Below are positions 29,117 to 38,628 of a DNA stretch of 64,000 bases, in pieces. This DNA comes from Candidatus Latescibacterota bacterium (GTDB taxonomy: Bacteria; Latescibacterota; UBA2968): assembly GCA_965198115.1 (NCBI GenBank), contig OZ240241.1, positions 5,056,001-5,120,000 on the forward strand, in the 5' to 3' direction. Under the pieces are notes generated by a model, which was not told the DNA's origin, did no database searches, and saw only the letters and a program-made list of their open reading frames with translations. A program made the position numbers and the translations under genes. Position 1 is the stretch's first letter. Each line of letters begins with the position of its first letter.

Positions 29117-29549
29117 CTACCGATGCTTGCCGTAGCCTTTGGCGAAAGCGATGAAATCGTTGAACGCCGTCTGTCCGTCGCCGTCGAGGTCGAACGCAGG
29201 GTCGTTGTCTCCAAAGCCTCGCGCGAAGGACAGGAAGTCTGAAAAGTCGACGCGGCCGTCGCCATTGAAGTCGACCGCTTCGAGCTCCGGGGCTTCGTTG
29301 ACGAGTGGGACGAAGGCGGATTGGCCGGGAAGGGCGGACGCGATGACGTTGGATGACACTTCGAACCAGGACCTGAGCAGGGAAGCATGAGACCTGGCGA
29401 AAGTCGTAGGTGTGATAGAAGTCGCCGCGGCTGTCGGTACTCCCGAAACTGGGGTCGCCGCCGAGGATGCCCCCCTTGACCTCGGGACCGAACAGGAAGA
29501 GAGGCGCAGCCGTTCCGTGATCGGTGCCGGCGCTCCCGTTTTCTTCGAC
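29117..29549 (-). pseudogene. 5'-truncated, frameshifted DUF1501 C-terminus fused to a dockerin/EF-hand-like tail
   Basis: Manual translation VEENGSAGTDHGTAAPLFLFG...DFRQV, an extra base near 29389, then ASLLRSWF...DFNGDGRVDFSDF. Confidence 0.72.
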
Positions 29550-29596
29550 ACAGCCGCCTTTTCGGGCTACGGCGGGCGGTGTTCGGTGTTTCGGAA

Positions 29597-29612
29597 GGCA
29601 AAGACCGTGCCC
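29597..29612 (-). promoter_or_regulatory. Putative sigma54 -24/-12 site
   Basis: GGGCACGGTCTTTGCC with GG-N10-GC spacing. Confidence 0.4.
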
Positions 29613-29700
29613 GTGCCTGAATATCAGCTTCCGGCGATCTTCGATCGAGACGTGGACGGCCGATCGTCACGAAACGTCAACCGGCCTGTTACTGATCGTG

Positions 29701-30135
29701 CTACAACCCCTGCATCTGCTTCAGGACTTCGGATTGGGCCTCGTAGTGCAGCTTGCTGGCCTTGACGAGCGCTTCCTGGCTCTGGATGAGGGCGTTTTCC
29801 AGAGCGCGTGCCCGGTCGGATGTCATACCGATCTCGATGTTCACGGCGACCTTCGCTTCGAGGCTGTCGCGCATGGTCTGGAGGCGTTGCTTCTCGTGCT
29901 CCCAGTCCGTGCGGACACGCTCGACCACCGTGATCTGATGAGGTACGCTTTCGGCGTCATCCCCACGACACGATGAAAGGAGCACGATCGCTACGAACAA
30001 CAGAACGTGGGTGATCTTGAACCAGCCGAAGGGTCGCTTGTTAAGCGACGAAGTGGCGATAGAGGGACTTGATGTTGTCGGGCAGGTTGTCGAAAGCATT
30101 TTTCTGGATGGGTACCGATTCGTAGTTCTTGCCAC
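29701..30135 (-). CDS. Putative coiled-coil lipoprotein (true start uncertain, probably near 30040)
   Basis: Hydrophobic stretch plus lipobox-like LLSSC, then a helical body. Confidence 0.5.
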   Translation of the reverse strand: MARTTNRYPSRKMLSTTCPTTSSPSIATSSLNKRPFGWFKITHVLLFVAIVLLSSCRGDDAESVPHQITVVERVRTDWEHEKQRLQTMRDSLEAKVAVNIEIGMTSDRARALENALIQSQEALVKASKLHYEAQSEVLKQMQGL

Positions 30136-30889
30136 CGGTCTCGACGACCATCTGCGTGTGTTCGGGAGCCCCGATCATCGAGGGGTTGAGGTTGAGCCAC
30201 CACGGGGCGTAGCGGATGATGAGGGCGACCCGGTCTTCTTCACTCTCGTTGGGTGCGACGGCGTGCCACAGTCGGCTGTCGTAGATGAGAACCGAGCCGG
30301 CTTTTCCTTCCGCCTGCACTTCGTCAACGGCGGGGCCATCGGGGTCGAAGCCATCGATTTCGCCCATAGACGGGTTAACCTGTTGGTGATGGCTACCGGG
30401 GCGAAGGAACGTGCCGCCGTTTCGGGCGCTGAAATCGGTGAGCATCCAGATCGTGGACATATGGACCATGACCGGCGGGTAGGGAGCCCGAATGTGGGAG
30501 GCATTCGTCTGGTTGTAGGGCCAGTCGGAGTGCCAGTAACCTCGCTCGTTGCCGGGGTGGTTGACGACGACGTCCGTGCACGAGATTCTCACGTATTCGC
30601 CGAAGAAGGCATCGGCGATAGCCATGATTCTGTCGTCGGCGAGGTAGGACGCGAAGCTCTGCGTGTCGTTGATGACCTGCTTGTGGACGCCGACTCCCTG
30701 TGCGCCGATGCGGTGTCCCCGGGATCGAGTCGCAGCCTGGCGGGCTTCATTTTCGGCGTTCCGGGCGAGCTGAATGCCGACGACCTCGTCCCGAATGTCG
30801 GCGACTCTGTCGGCTGGAATGACGTTGGGGAGGATTTCGTAGCCGTGCTCGCGGATGTGGGCGACGTTGTCTTTTACGTTGATGCTCAT
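30041..30889 (-). CDS. PhyH-family Fe/2OG dioxygenase
   Basis: WHSDWP, PGSH, LWHA, DRVAL. Confidence 0.9.
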   Translation of the reverse strand: MSINVKDNVAHIREHGYEILPNVIPADRVADIRDEVVGIQLARNAENEARQAATRSRGHRIGAQGVGVHKQVINDTQSFASYLADDRIMAIADAFFGEYVRISCTDVVVNHPGNERGYWHSDWPYNQTNASHIRAPYPPVMVHMSTIWMLTDFSARNGGTFLRPGSHHQQVNPSMGEIDGFDPDGPAVDEVQAEGKAGSVLIYDSRLWHAVAPNESEEDRVALIIRYAPWWLNLNPSMIGAPEHTQMVVETGGKNYESVPIQKNAFDNLPDNIKSLYRHFVA

Positions 30890-31003
30890 GGATCGGGACC
30901 TCGTAGGTGCTGAAAGCGATGACAAAGATAAGACGGTGCCGAATATGTGCTTGGGGTTGGGTGAGGGCAAGCTCGTCAATAGGCTCTCCAGCCCGCGAGA
31001 CCC

Positions 31004-32890
31004 TCATTCAGTCCTGCTTATCCGCGCTCGTCTGATGTTTAGCACGACCAGGATGGCAGTCATCACAACGCCTGCCATGACCGGCCCGTATGAATCCACG
31101 GCTGGGCCGAGCAGGAGGATGCAGAAGGCGCTGAGCAGGAGCAGGATGCGCTCGCCGGCGTTGTGAGGGGCGATCAACCTTCCTGTGACGGACTGGGCGA
31201 GGGGAATCAGACCGAGGGCGGTGATGCCGACGGCGGAGAGCGTGGCGGCGAGTCCGTTTCCGTCGGGCAAGAGCAGCAGGTCGGGGCGAAGGACGAAGCA
31301 ATAGGGCAACGCGAACCCGACGAGGGCGTAGCGAAACGCGGCCACCGCGGAGGCCATGATGCCGGATCCGGCGATGGCACTCGCGGTGTAGGCGGCCAGT
31401 GCGACGGGGGGCGTCACCATCGACATCATTCCGAAATAGAAGATGAAGAGATGGGCAGCCAGAGGGACGACACCGAGTTCGCCGAGGACGGGTCCGACGA
31501 GGGTCGCCATGAGCAGGTAGCACACGGCCGAGGGGAGGCCCATACCCAGAATGATGGTGGAGACCATGAGCAGGATGAGCGCGAGGATCAGGCTTTCTCG
31601 AGCCAGGGAGAGGAGGACACCCGGAAGGCGGCTGCCGATTCCGGTGAGCGTGACGACGCCGATGATGATGCCCACGCAAGCGGCCGCCGCGATGAGCGGG
31701 ATTCCGGCCGTTGCGGTCCTTCGGCAAGCCTCGAGCAGGTCAGTGGGGTCAAGACGGGTTCGTCGGTCGATCGCGCCGACGATGACGATCACGACGAGGC
31801 CGACGCTGACGGCTCGAAAAGGCGTGTATCCTGCGATCAACAGGCCGATGAGCGATGCGAAGGCGGACAGAAACACGACACCCGCACTGGCTGGAGCCTT
31901 TGGTTCGTCATCGTGCGACGCCGGATCACTCTCTCCGTTCGAGGCGCTCTGCAAGTGAACGATCAGCAGGAGAACGGCGTAGTAGAGAAGGGCAGGGATG
32001 AGGGCGGCCTGGATAATCTGGAGATACGTGACGGGGGGATCGACAATCTCGAGCATCATGTACGCCCCGGCCCCCATGATTGGAGGCACCAGGGCACCGC
32101 CCGAGCTCGCAGCCGCTTCGATGCCGGCCGCCACCGTCGGACTGAAGCCGGCAGCGCGCATGAGTGGAATCGTGAAGGTGCCCGTTGTTGCCGTGTTGGC
32201 TACGGCGCTCCCGGACAGTGACCCCATCATTCCGCTGCTGAGCACGGCTACTTTGGCGGGCGCCCCCCTGCTCGATCTGAACAGGCGTGTCGAGAATTCA
32301 ATGATGAAGTCCGTGGCTTTCGTCCTCTCGAGAAGCGCGCCGAACAGGACGAACAGGAAGACGTAGGTGAACATCACGCGGAGGGCGATGCCGAAGACAC
32401 CCTGGGAGTGCAGGTAGGTCTGACTGACGATCCGTTCCCATCCGTAGCCACGGTGGGGAAACAGAAAGTCGGGCATCCACGTCCCAAGATGGGCGTAGAG
32501 AACGAAGGCGAGAGCGAGAATCGGCAACGTGAAGCCGATGGCCCGACGCGTGGCTTCGAGAATGAGTAGAAGACCCACCAGACCTACGGCGTGATCGAAA
32601 ACCGTTTCGGCACCCGCGCGATTCCCCAGGTGCTGGCCTCCTGCCCAGAACCGGTCGAAGAGTGGTTCACCTTGAACCAGGACGTATCCGAAACAGAAGA
32701 GTGTGGCCGCGACGAGGACGATGCGGGCGGCCGTGTGCTCCCCTCGCAGGAAAACGAGGAGCAGGCCCAGCCCCGCGAAGATCGCGAGCTGAGACTGGGG
32801 ACCGAGCGTCGGGTAGTTGACCTGGGTGAGGACGAATGCCGTCAGGATGACGGCGAGGATGCTCTGGAGAGACGGGGTCGGTCTGGTCAT
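31004..32890 (-). CDS. TRAP transporter fused 4TM/12TM permease
   Basis: PAKVAV, SGSAVAN, EAAASSGG..PPIMGAGAY, LGMGLP, TPPVALA. Confidence 0.93.
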   Translation of the reverse strand: MTRPTPSLQSILAVILTAFVLTQVNYPTLGPQSQLAIFAGLGLLLVFLRGEHTAARIVLVAATLFCFGYVLVQGEPLFDRFWAGGQHLGNRAGAETVFDHAVGLVGLLLILEATRRAIGFTLPILALAFVLYAHLGTWMPDFLFPHRGYGWERIVSQTYLHSQGVFGIALRVMFTYVFLFVLFGALLERTKATDFIIEFSTRLFRSSRGAPAKVAVLSSGMMGSLSGSAVANTATTGTFTIPLMRAAGFSPTVAAGIEAAASSGGALVPPIMGAGAYMMLEIVDPPVTYLQIIQAALIPALLYYAVLLLIVHLQSASNGESDPASHDDEPKAPASAGVVFLSAFASLIGLLIAGYTPFRAVSVGLVVIVIVGAIDRRTRLDPTDLLEACRRTATAGIPLIAAAACVGIIIGVVTLTGIGSRLPGVLLSLARESLILALILLMVSTIILGMGLPSAVCYLLMATLVGPVLGELGVVPLAAHLFIFYFGMMSMVTPPVALAAYTASAIAGSGIMASAVAAFRYALVGFALPYCFVLRPDLLLLPDGNGLAATLSAVGITALGLIPLAQSVTGRLIAPHNAGERILLLLSAFCILLLGPAVDSYGPVMAGVVMTAILVVLNIRRARISRTE

Positions 32891-32905
32891 TCAGTGTTCA
32901 AGGAA

Positions 32906-33877
32906 TCAGGATCCTGACCCCGGCCAGATACCGATTTCCCGGAAGTAGCGGATGGCTCCGGGATGAAAGGGCGTGCCGGTGTCCCTGACGATGTTCTTCG
33001 GGTTGATGGCGCGCCCGGCGGGATGCTTCTTGACGACTTCCTCACGGTATTCGTAGAGCGTCTTCGTGAACGTGTAGACCGTTTCGTCGTCGAGGTCGGC
33101 GCGAACGATGAGGTGCATGTTCCCGACGTTCATGCCCTCGTAGGGTTGGGTCTGGCCGCGGTAAGTGTTCGTTTTGATCGTCGCGGGGCCGAAGAAGGGA
33201 TACTGATCCAAAAGTCCCTTGCGGGACTCTTGATCGAACGGGATGAAGTGAATGTCTTGAGACGCCGTCGCCTGGGTGATCGATGCCGTGGGGACGGCAC
33301 CTCCGAGGAAGGCAGCGGCCGCCGATCCATCGGACAGCATGTCGACCGCGCCGGCCTGTGTCGCGTGCAGGGGGGTGAAATCCCAGTAGTCCAATCCGTG
33401 CGCGCTCAGGATGGGCTCCAGGAAATGCTCGAATCCGGCGCCGGCGGGGCCCACGACGACACGCTTGCCCCTCAAGTCGGCGATTCGTTCGACGCCGGAG
33501 GAGGCGGGTGTGATGAAGAGCGCGACGTTGGGGGCCAGGGTCATGACGGCTCTGATGTTCTGCTTCGACTCGAAGGCACCTTCTCCTCGGATTGCGAAGT
33601 AGGAGATTGCCGCATTCGCGAGCGCCAGATCGAGTTCTCCGGACGTGAGCCGACGAATGTTTTCCTGAGTGCCCTTGGTCGCTTCTGCAGAAACCTGCCA
33701 GCCTTCCGCCTGGTTTTCATCGACGACGGCTGCGATGGCTCCGCCGACTACGAAGAACGCGCCGCCTGGCGGAGCGGTACCGACGCTGAGGAACCGACGG
33801 GTGCCATCTTGCGGAGACGTGCAGGTCACGAGCATCAGAAGTAAGACGAGTTTGCAGTGTTTTGCCGCGATGGACAT
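32906..33877 (-). CDS. TAXI-family TRAP substrate-binding protein
   Basis: GTAPPGG, ATKGTQEN, DLRGKRV, PFHPGAIRYFRE. Confidence 0.92.
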   Translation of the reverse strand: MSIAAKHCKLVLLLMLVTCTSPQDGTRRFLSVGTAPPGGAFFVVGGAIAAVVDENQAEGWQVSAEATKGTQENIRRLTSGELDLALANAAISYFAIRGEGAFESKQNIRAVMTLAPNVALFITPASSGVERIADLRGKRVVVGPAGAGFEHFLEPILSAHGLDYWDFTPLHATQAGAVDMLSDGSAAAAFLGGAVPTASITQATASQDIHFIPFDQESRKGLLDQYPFFGPATIKTNTYRGQTQPYEGMNVGNMHLIVRADLDDETVYTFTKTLYEYREEVVKKHPAGRAINPKNIVRDTGTPFHPGAIRYFREIGIWPGSGS

Positions 33878-33993
33878 GCGTACTCCCGTATCCGACCTCA
33901 TTCCGAAATCGACGTCCGGGTCGGCGTTGCATTAGAGTTTGAACCGACCCGGGTGCTCAATATACCCAATCCGCTTCCAGGTCGTACCGCTGC

Positions 33994-35463
33994 TTACTTT
34001 CCGACCGGATCCTTCTTGAATCCGTCGACTTTGCCTTCGGTCTTGTGGAGGTAATGTTTGACGAAGCGGCGGGCGCGATAGGATTTGATGTGGCGCAGCC
34101 AGTGCTGGCGTGGACGCTTGGTCTCATTCGTCTCCACGTGAACGGTGTCGCCCCAGGACAGGACAGAAAAAGGCGAGGTCGGTTTCCCGTTCACGGACGC
34201 AGCGTGGCAGTGCGTGCCCAGATCCGTGTGAACGGCGAACGCGAAATCGAGCACGGATGCCCCTTCGGGCAGGACGATCGCGTCGCCCTCGGGCGTAAAG
34301 GTGACGATTTCCTTGACGAACAGGATGCGATGCAGCTCATCCAGAAGGTGATGCGAGGGTACGTCGTGATCGTGCCAGTCGGACAATTCCTCGAGCCATC
34401 GACGTCGGCTGGCTTCCAGGATTCGATCGCCCTTGAGAACGGCGACGCCGAGTTCCCCCATGCGGTGCATGGCGGGGGTCTGGATGTGGACCTCATAGCG
34501 ATGTCCGCCGTGCAGCACCGTCGTGTGCAGGGCCTGGTATCTGTTCCTTTTGGGCAGGGCGATGAAATCCTTCACCCGCTCCATGACGGGAGCGAAGTGG
34601 CCGTGGATTGTGCCCAGGCTGCGATAGCAGGCATCGCGACTCGACACGACCACCTCAATCGCGTACCGGTCGTAGATGTTGGCCAGCGGAGCCTGGGCCG
34701 CGACCATTTTGCCGTGGATGCTCGTCAGACTCTTGGTCTGGATTCGAGTTCTTGAACGAATGTCCTGCTGCCGGAGCAGCTCTGTGACGGCCTCGGAAAA
34801 GTCGCAGAAAGATTTCGGAGGTCCAAGATCGAGTTGGGCGGACATATCGGCGAAGGTTTCGGGCTCGAGACAGCCGAAGCTCGCGTTCTGAAGCTCCCGC
34901 GTGGTGCGTCCCATGCCGAGGAGATGTGAAATTGGAGCGTAGAGTTCGACGGTTTCCCGTGCAATGCGCGCGCGGCGGCTCGGATCTTCGATGCCCTCGA
35001 TGCTACGCATGTTGTGTACACGATCGGCCAATTTGAGGATGAGGACGCGCGGGTCTTCGCGAGCGGCGGCGAACAGCTTTTGAAGCGTAGCGACTCTGCG
35101 CGTCGTACGGTTTCTGGCGTGGCTCGCTTCCACCTTGGTGACGCCTCGAACAAGGGTGGCCACGGCCTCTCCGAAGGTGGGCGCGATGTCGCCGATGTCG
35201 AGCGCCGAGTCTTCGACCGCGTCGTGCAGTAGCGCGGCGGTTACCATCTCCGAGTCGTGAGAGAATCCCATTTCGGATGCGAGCAGGAGGGCGACTGCGA
35301 TCGGGTGGATGATGAACGGCTGGCCCGTGTCGCGATGCTGGCCCTCGTGGCTGGCGAACGCGAGGTGGTAGGCCTGCCCGACCGTGGGATGGTCGGTCTG
35401 GGGCACCCGCGCGAGCAGTCTTTTGAGCGGGTCACGGACCTGTCTGATGCCTTCGGGGTTCAC
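33994..35463 (-). CDS. RelA/SpoT homolog (HD + synthetase-like + TGS; no ACT)
   Basis: H.GQ.R..G.P.I.HP, LLHDAVED, KLADRVHNMR, KDFIA.PK.N.YQALHT, FTP.G..LP.GA..LDFAFAVHT. Confidence 0.9.
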   Translation of the reverse strand: MNPEGIRQVRDPLKRLLARVPQTDHPTVGQAYHLAFASHEGQHRDTGQPFIIHPIAVALLLASEMGFSHDSEMVTAALLHDAVEDSALDIGDIAPTFGEAVATLVRGVTKVEASHARNRTTRRVATLQKLFAAAREDPRVLILKLADRVHNMRSIEGIEDPSRRARIARETVELYAPISHLLGMGRTTRELQNASFGCLEPETFADMSAQLDLGPPKSFCDFSEAVTELLRQQDIRSRTRIQTKSLTSIHGKMVAAQAPLANIYDRYAIEVVVSSRDACYRSLGTIHGHFAPVMERVKDFIALPKRNRYQALHTTVLHGGHRYEVHIQTPAMHRMGELGVAVLKGDRILEASRRRWLEELSDWHDHDVPSHHLLDELHRILFVKEIVTFTPEGDAIVLPEGASVLDFAFAVHTDLGTHCHAASVNGKPTSPFSVLSWGDTVHVETNETKRPRQHWLRHIKSYRARRFVKHYLHKTEGKVDGFKKDPVGK

Positions 35464-38360
35464 GACGCCTTGCGCTCTACGATCGGGTCTACCGGGGTTG
35501 CCTCCTGATCGGGGAAGAAGGATCGAACGGCATCGATCAGTTCGGTCTGCGAGGCGAAGGTCCTTGTGGGGGCGGGCAGGGACTCCAGGAAGGCTTTGCC
35601 GTATCGCGTTGACAGGACCCGGCTGTCGAGTACGAGGACGATGCCTCTGTCGGAAGCGTTTCGAATCAGGCGACCGAAACCCTGGCGAAATTTGAGGATC
35701 GCTTCCGGAACGGAGTAGTGGATGAACGGATCCTTCCCCTGCTTCTGCAACTCCTCCATCTGGGCTTCGACGAGCGGGTCGGTGGGGACGGCGAAAGGCA
35801 GCCTTACGATAGCCAGAATTTCGAGGACCTCACCCGGAAGATCGACGCCTTCCCAGAAGCTGTCCGTGCCCAAAAGGACGGCCGGCCGATGCTCGCGAAA
35901 CCGCTCTGTGATCTGAGCCCGTGGGCCGTCGATGCCCTGGCCGAGGAGGGTCACCCCGTGCGACTGCAGCTCGAGCTTCACGGCGTGATAGGTCTTGTTG
36001 AGCATGCTGTAGGATGTGTAGAGCCCGAGGGTGCCGCGTCGAGCGTTGACGGCCACGTCGCGAATCAGGTCGTCGACCGCGTCCTGGAACGCAGGATCCT
36101 TGGGTACGGGTACGAACTGGGGCGCGCAGACCAGCGCCTGGGTTTCGTAGTCGAATGGTGACCCCAGGCAGAGGCTCTGGACGCGATCCTCGTCGGCGCC
36201 CTCGAGACCGACGCGTCGGAGGAAGTAAACGAGACGACCTCGAATGCCGAGCGTGGCAGACGTGTAGACGATGGTCTGCATTCGCTCGTAGAGCAGTTCC
36301 TCGAGATGCTCGGCGATCCTGAGCGGGGCGGATTGAAGTCGAGTGTCGGCACTGCCTTCGCGGGAAGGCAGCTCCATCCAATAGACAGTCCCTTCGTATT
36401 CCGGGTCGGTCAGGTGCTCGATGTCGCTCAGGAGCTCGACGCAATCGGTGATTCTCGCGTCGAGCTCGTTCTTGAGGTCTTCCTGATTCGGGAATGCATC
36501 GTCTTTGAGGTCTTTCATCCAGGTCGAGATTTGCTGGAGGCGATCTCCTGCCTGCTTGCTCGCGTCGGCAAACGGCGTCAGCGTCTCCATGAGATCCTGG
36601 AACAGTGCGTCATCGGCCTTGTAGCGCAGTTTTTCGACGTAGGCATTTCGCTTTCCGCCCACGCGCTCTCGGGATCGATCGGTGAGGTCCTGGAAAAAAG
36701 TTTGAGTGTGGAGCCAAAGGTCCTCGACAGCTGCTTCGGCGGAGGCGATGCCCGATTCGAAGCCCTTGAGCTCGGTGGGCTTGAGCTCTCCAACCTTGAT
36801 CCAGTGCTTTAGCCCCGGTAGCGTCCCCGCGCTCGAGAAACCGGGGCTGCGGAGCTGATCGCACAGATTCTTGACTCGCCAGATGGTGAGTTCACGGCCC
36901 AGGTATTGCGAAGCGACTTTTTCGACATTGTGCGCCTCGTCGATGATCAGGTGTTCGTATTCGCCGAGAATGCCGTTTTCGGTCGACAGGTCGGAGAACA
37001 AAAGGGAGTGGTTAACGACGACGATGTGCGCCTTCTGGGCGGATTTCCGAATGTTGTTGGCGAAGCACCGTCCGTTCGTCCGGCACTTCTGGCTGCGGCA
37101 GAACCCGCTGTCGCTGCAGACTTTGTTCCACAGCCCGCCCGACCGGGACAGATCGAACCCGCCGTGCTCTGCGATGTCGCCCGTTCGAGTGGTGGACGCC
37201 CACAGCAGGAGGTGCATCGCGGCGATACGCTCGTCGTTCGTGAAGACGGCCTCGGCGTTGGCGAGCGCCGCCGACCATCTGTTCAGGCAGATGTAGTTAG
37301 CCCTTCCCTTCAGCAGCGCGTACTGGAAAGCTTCCTCGAGTGTCTGGGCGAGGGAAGGAAGGTCTTTGTAGAAGAGCTGTTCCTGCAGGTTCTTCGTGTT
37401 CGTAGAAACGACGACGCGGGCATTGTTCTGGACGGCGTATTGGATGGCCGGAATGAGGTAGGCGAGTGATTTTCCGACCCCCGTCCCGGCTTCGACGGCC
37501 AGGATCTGACTGCCGTTGAACGCGGACCCGACCGCGGCGGCCATTTCGACCTGCTGTTCACGATGCTCGTAGCCATCCGTCTTCTCATCGAGCAACCCGC
37601 CTGGTTTGAAGCAGGCTTCGATGGATCCGAGATCGATGGGTTGGCTCGAGGCTTTGTCTTCCGATGGTTGCTCGCCCCCCAGGTTGAAGAGACGGGCGTC
37701 GGTCGGTCGAGCATCGGCGTCGGTCGCCATTCCGGGCAGCGGCGCGTTTTCGGACGCAGACTCGTTACCTATTTCGACCAGGATGGGAAGCAGGTCTGAG
37801 CCCGTTCCAGTCAAGAGCCGCAGCATCTGTTGCTTGATGTTCAACGGGAGTCCGCGCAGGAGGTCGACGAGGCTGAGATAGATTCCCGCGAGCTCCGAGG
37901 CTTCCCGACGCGATTTCAACCCGTCCTCGGATTCGGTCTCGAAGAAAGAGGCAAGGGTGTCGGCTTTGTGGTCGTTGAGTGTGGGAAGCAGGGCCCGAGC
38001 CAGATCTCTGAGGCCGTGAACGCCGTTTTCGACGAGGCGTGGATGGGCAGCGTCGAGGAACCGGGATTCGAATCGACCCCCGTAAGCGATGAGAGGGTGG
38101 CCGTCGACGAACGCGATCAGCTCGTCGAGCGCCTTGGCACGTGGAGGCGCCTTGGCCAGGAGATCGGGTGTGACGTCCAACAGGCGTACGATGTCTTCGG
38201 GTACCCGGCCGGTCGGTTTCACGTAGGTGTGGAATCGATCGACGACTTCGCCATCGCGCACCCTGACGGCGCCGATTTCGATGATTTCGTCGGACCGAGG
38301 GTTGAGCCCGGTCGTTTCGATGTCGATGGAGGCGAATGTGGTTAGGAGAGACAAGGGCAC
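35460..38360 (-). CDS. dinG: DnaQ-like exonuclease-DinG helicase fusion
   Basis: IDIETTGL, EAGTGVGKS, KGRANYIC, Fe-S Cys residues, DEAH, SAT, FWEGVD, QGFGRLIR. GTG start at 38360 inferred. Confidence 0.9.
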   Translation of the reverse strand: MPLSLLTTFASIDIETTGLNPRSDEIIEIGAVRVRDGEVVDRFHTYVKPTGRVPEDIVRLLDVTPDLLAKAPPRAKALDELIAFVDGHPLIAYGGRFESRFLDAAHPRLVENGVHGLRDLARALLPTLNDHKADTLASFFETESEDGLKSRREASELAGIYLSLVDLLRGLPLNIKQQMLRLLTGTGSDLLPILVEIGNESASENAPLPGMATDADARPTDARLFNLGGEQPSEDKASSQPIDLGSIEACFKPGGLLDEKTDGYEHREQQVEMAAAVGSAFNGSQILAVEAGTGVGKSLAYLIPAIQYAVQNNARVVVSTNTKNLQEQLFYKDLPSLAQTLEEAFQYALLKGRANYICLNRWSAALANAEAVFTNDERIAAMHLLLWASTTRTGDIAEHGGFDLSRSGGLWNKVCSDSGFCRSQKCRTNGRCFANNIRKSAQKAHIVVVNHSLLFSDLSTENGILGEYEHLIIDEAHNVEKVASQYLGRELTIWRVKNLCDQLRSPGFSSAGTLPGLKHWIKVGELKPTELKGFESGIASAEAAVEDLWLHTQTFFQDLTDRSRERVGGKRNAYVEKLRYKADDALFQDLMETLTPFADASKQAGDRLQQISTWMKDLKDDAFPNQEDLKNELDARITDCVELLSDIEHLTDPEYEGTVYWMELPSREGSADTRLQSAPLRIAEHLEELLYERMQTIVYTSATLGIRGRLVYFLRRVGLEGADEDRVQSLCLGSPFDYETQALVCAPQFVPVPKDPAFQDAVDDLIRDVAVNARRGTLGLYTSYSMLNKTYHAVKLELQSHGVTLLGQGIDGPRAQITERFREHRPAVLLGTDSFWEGVDLPGEVLEILAIVRLPFAVPTDPLVEAQMEELQKQGKDPFIHYSVPEAILKFRQGFGRLIRNASDRGIVLVLDSRVLSTRYGKAFLESLPAPTRTFASQTELIDAVRSFFPDQEATPVDPIVERKAS

Positions 38361-38628
38361 TGTCCGTGATCCGTTGTCCGTGAGCCGAAAAACCCAGCGC
38401 CTGAACGACGGCGGCGGGGATTGGAGAAATGTGGGACCGATGCGAAGGCTGAGGGCGTGTGACGAGCGAAGGCTCGTGCGTTTGAGGTCGCCACGTTGAC
38501 AAAGGGTGCTATGCCCTCTATCATAGCCGGAGTCGGGCCATTTGACCAATAATATGATACGGACGTGGCCAATTCAAGCGTCGGTATCGTCCTGTTTTTA
38601 CGGATTTAACGTGGGGAAAGGGGTCTTC

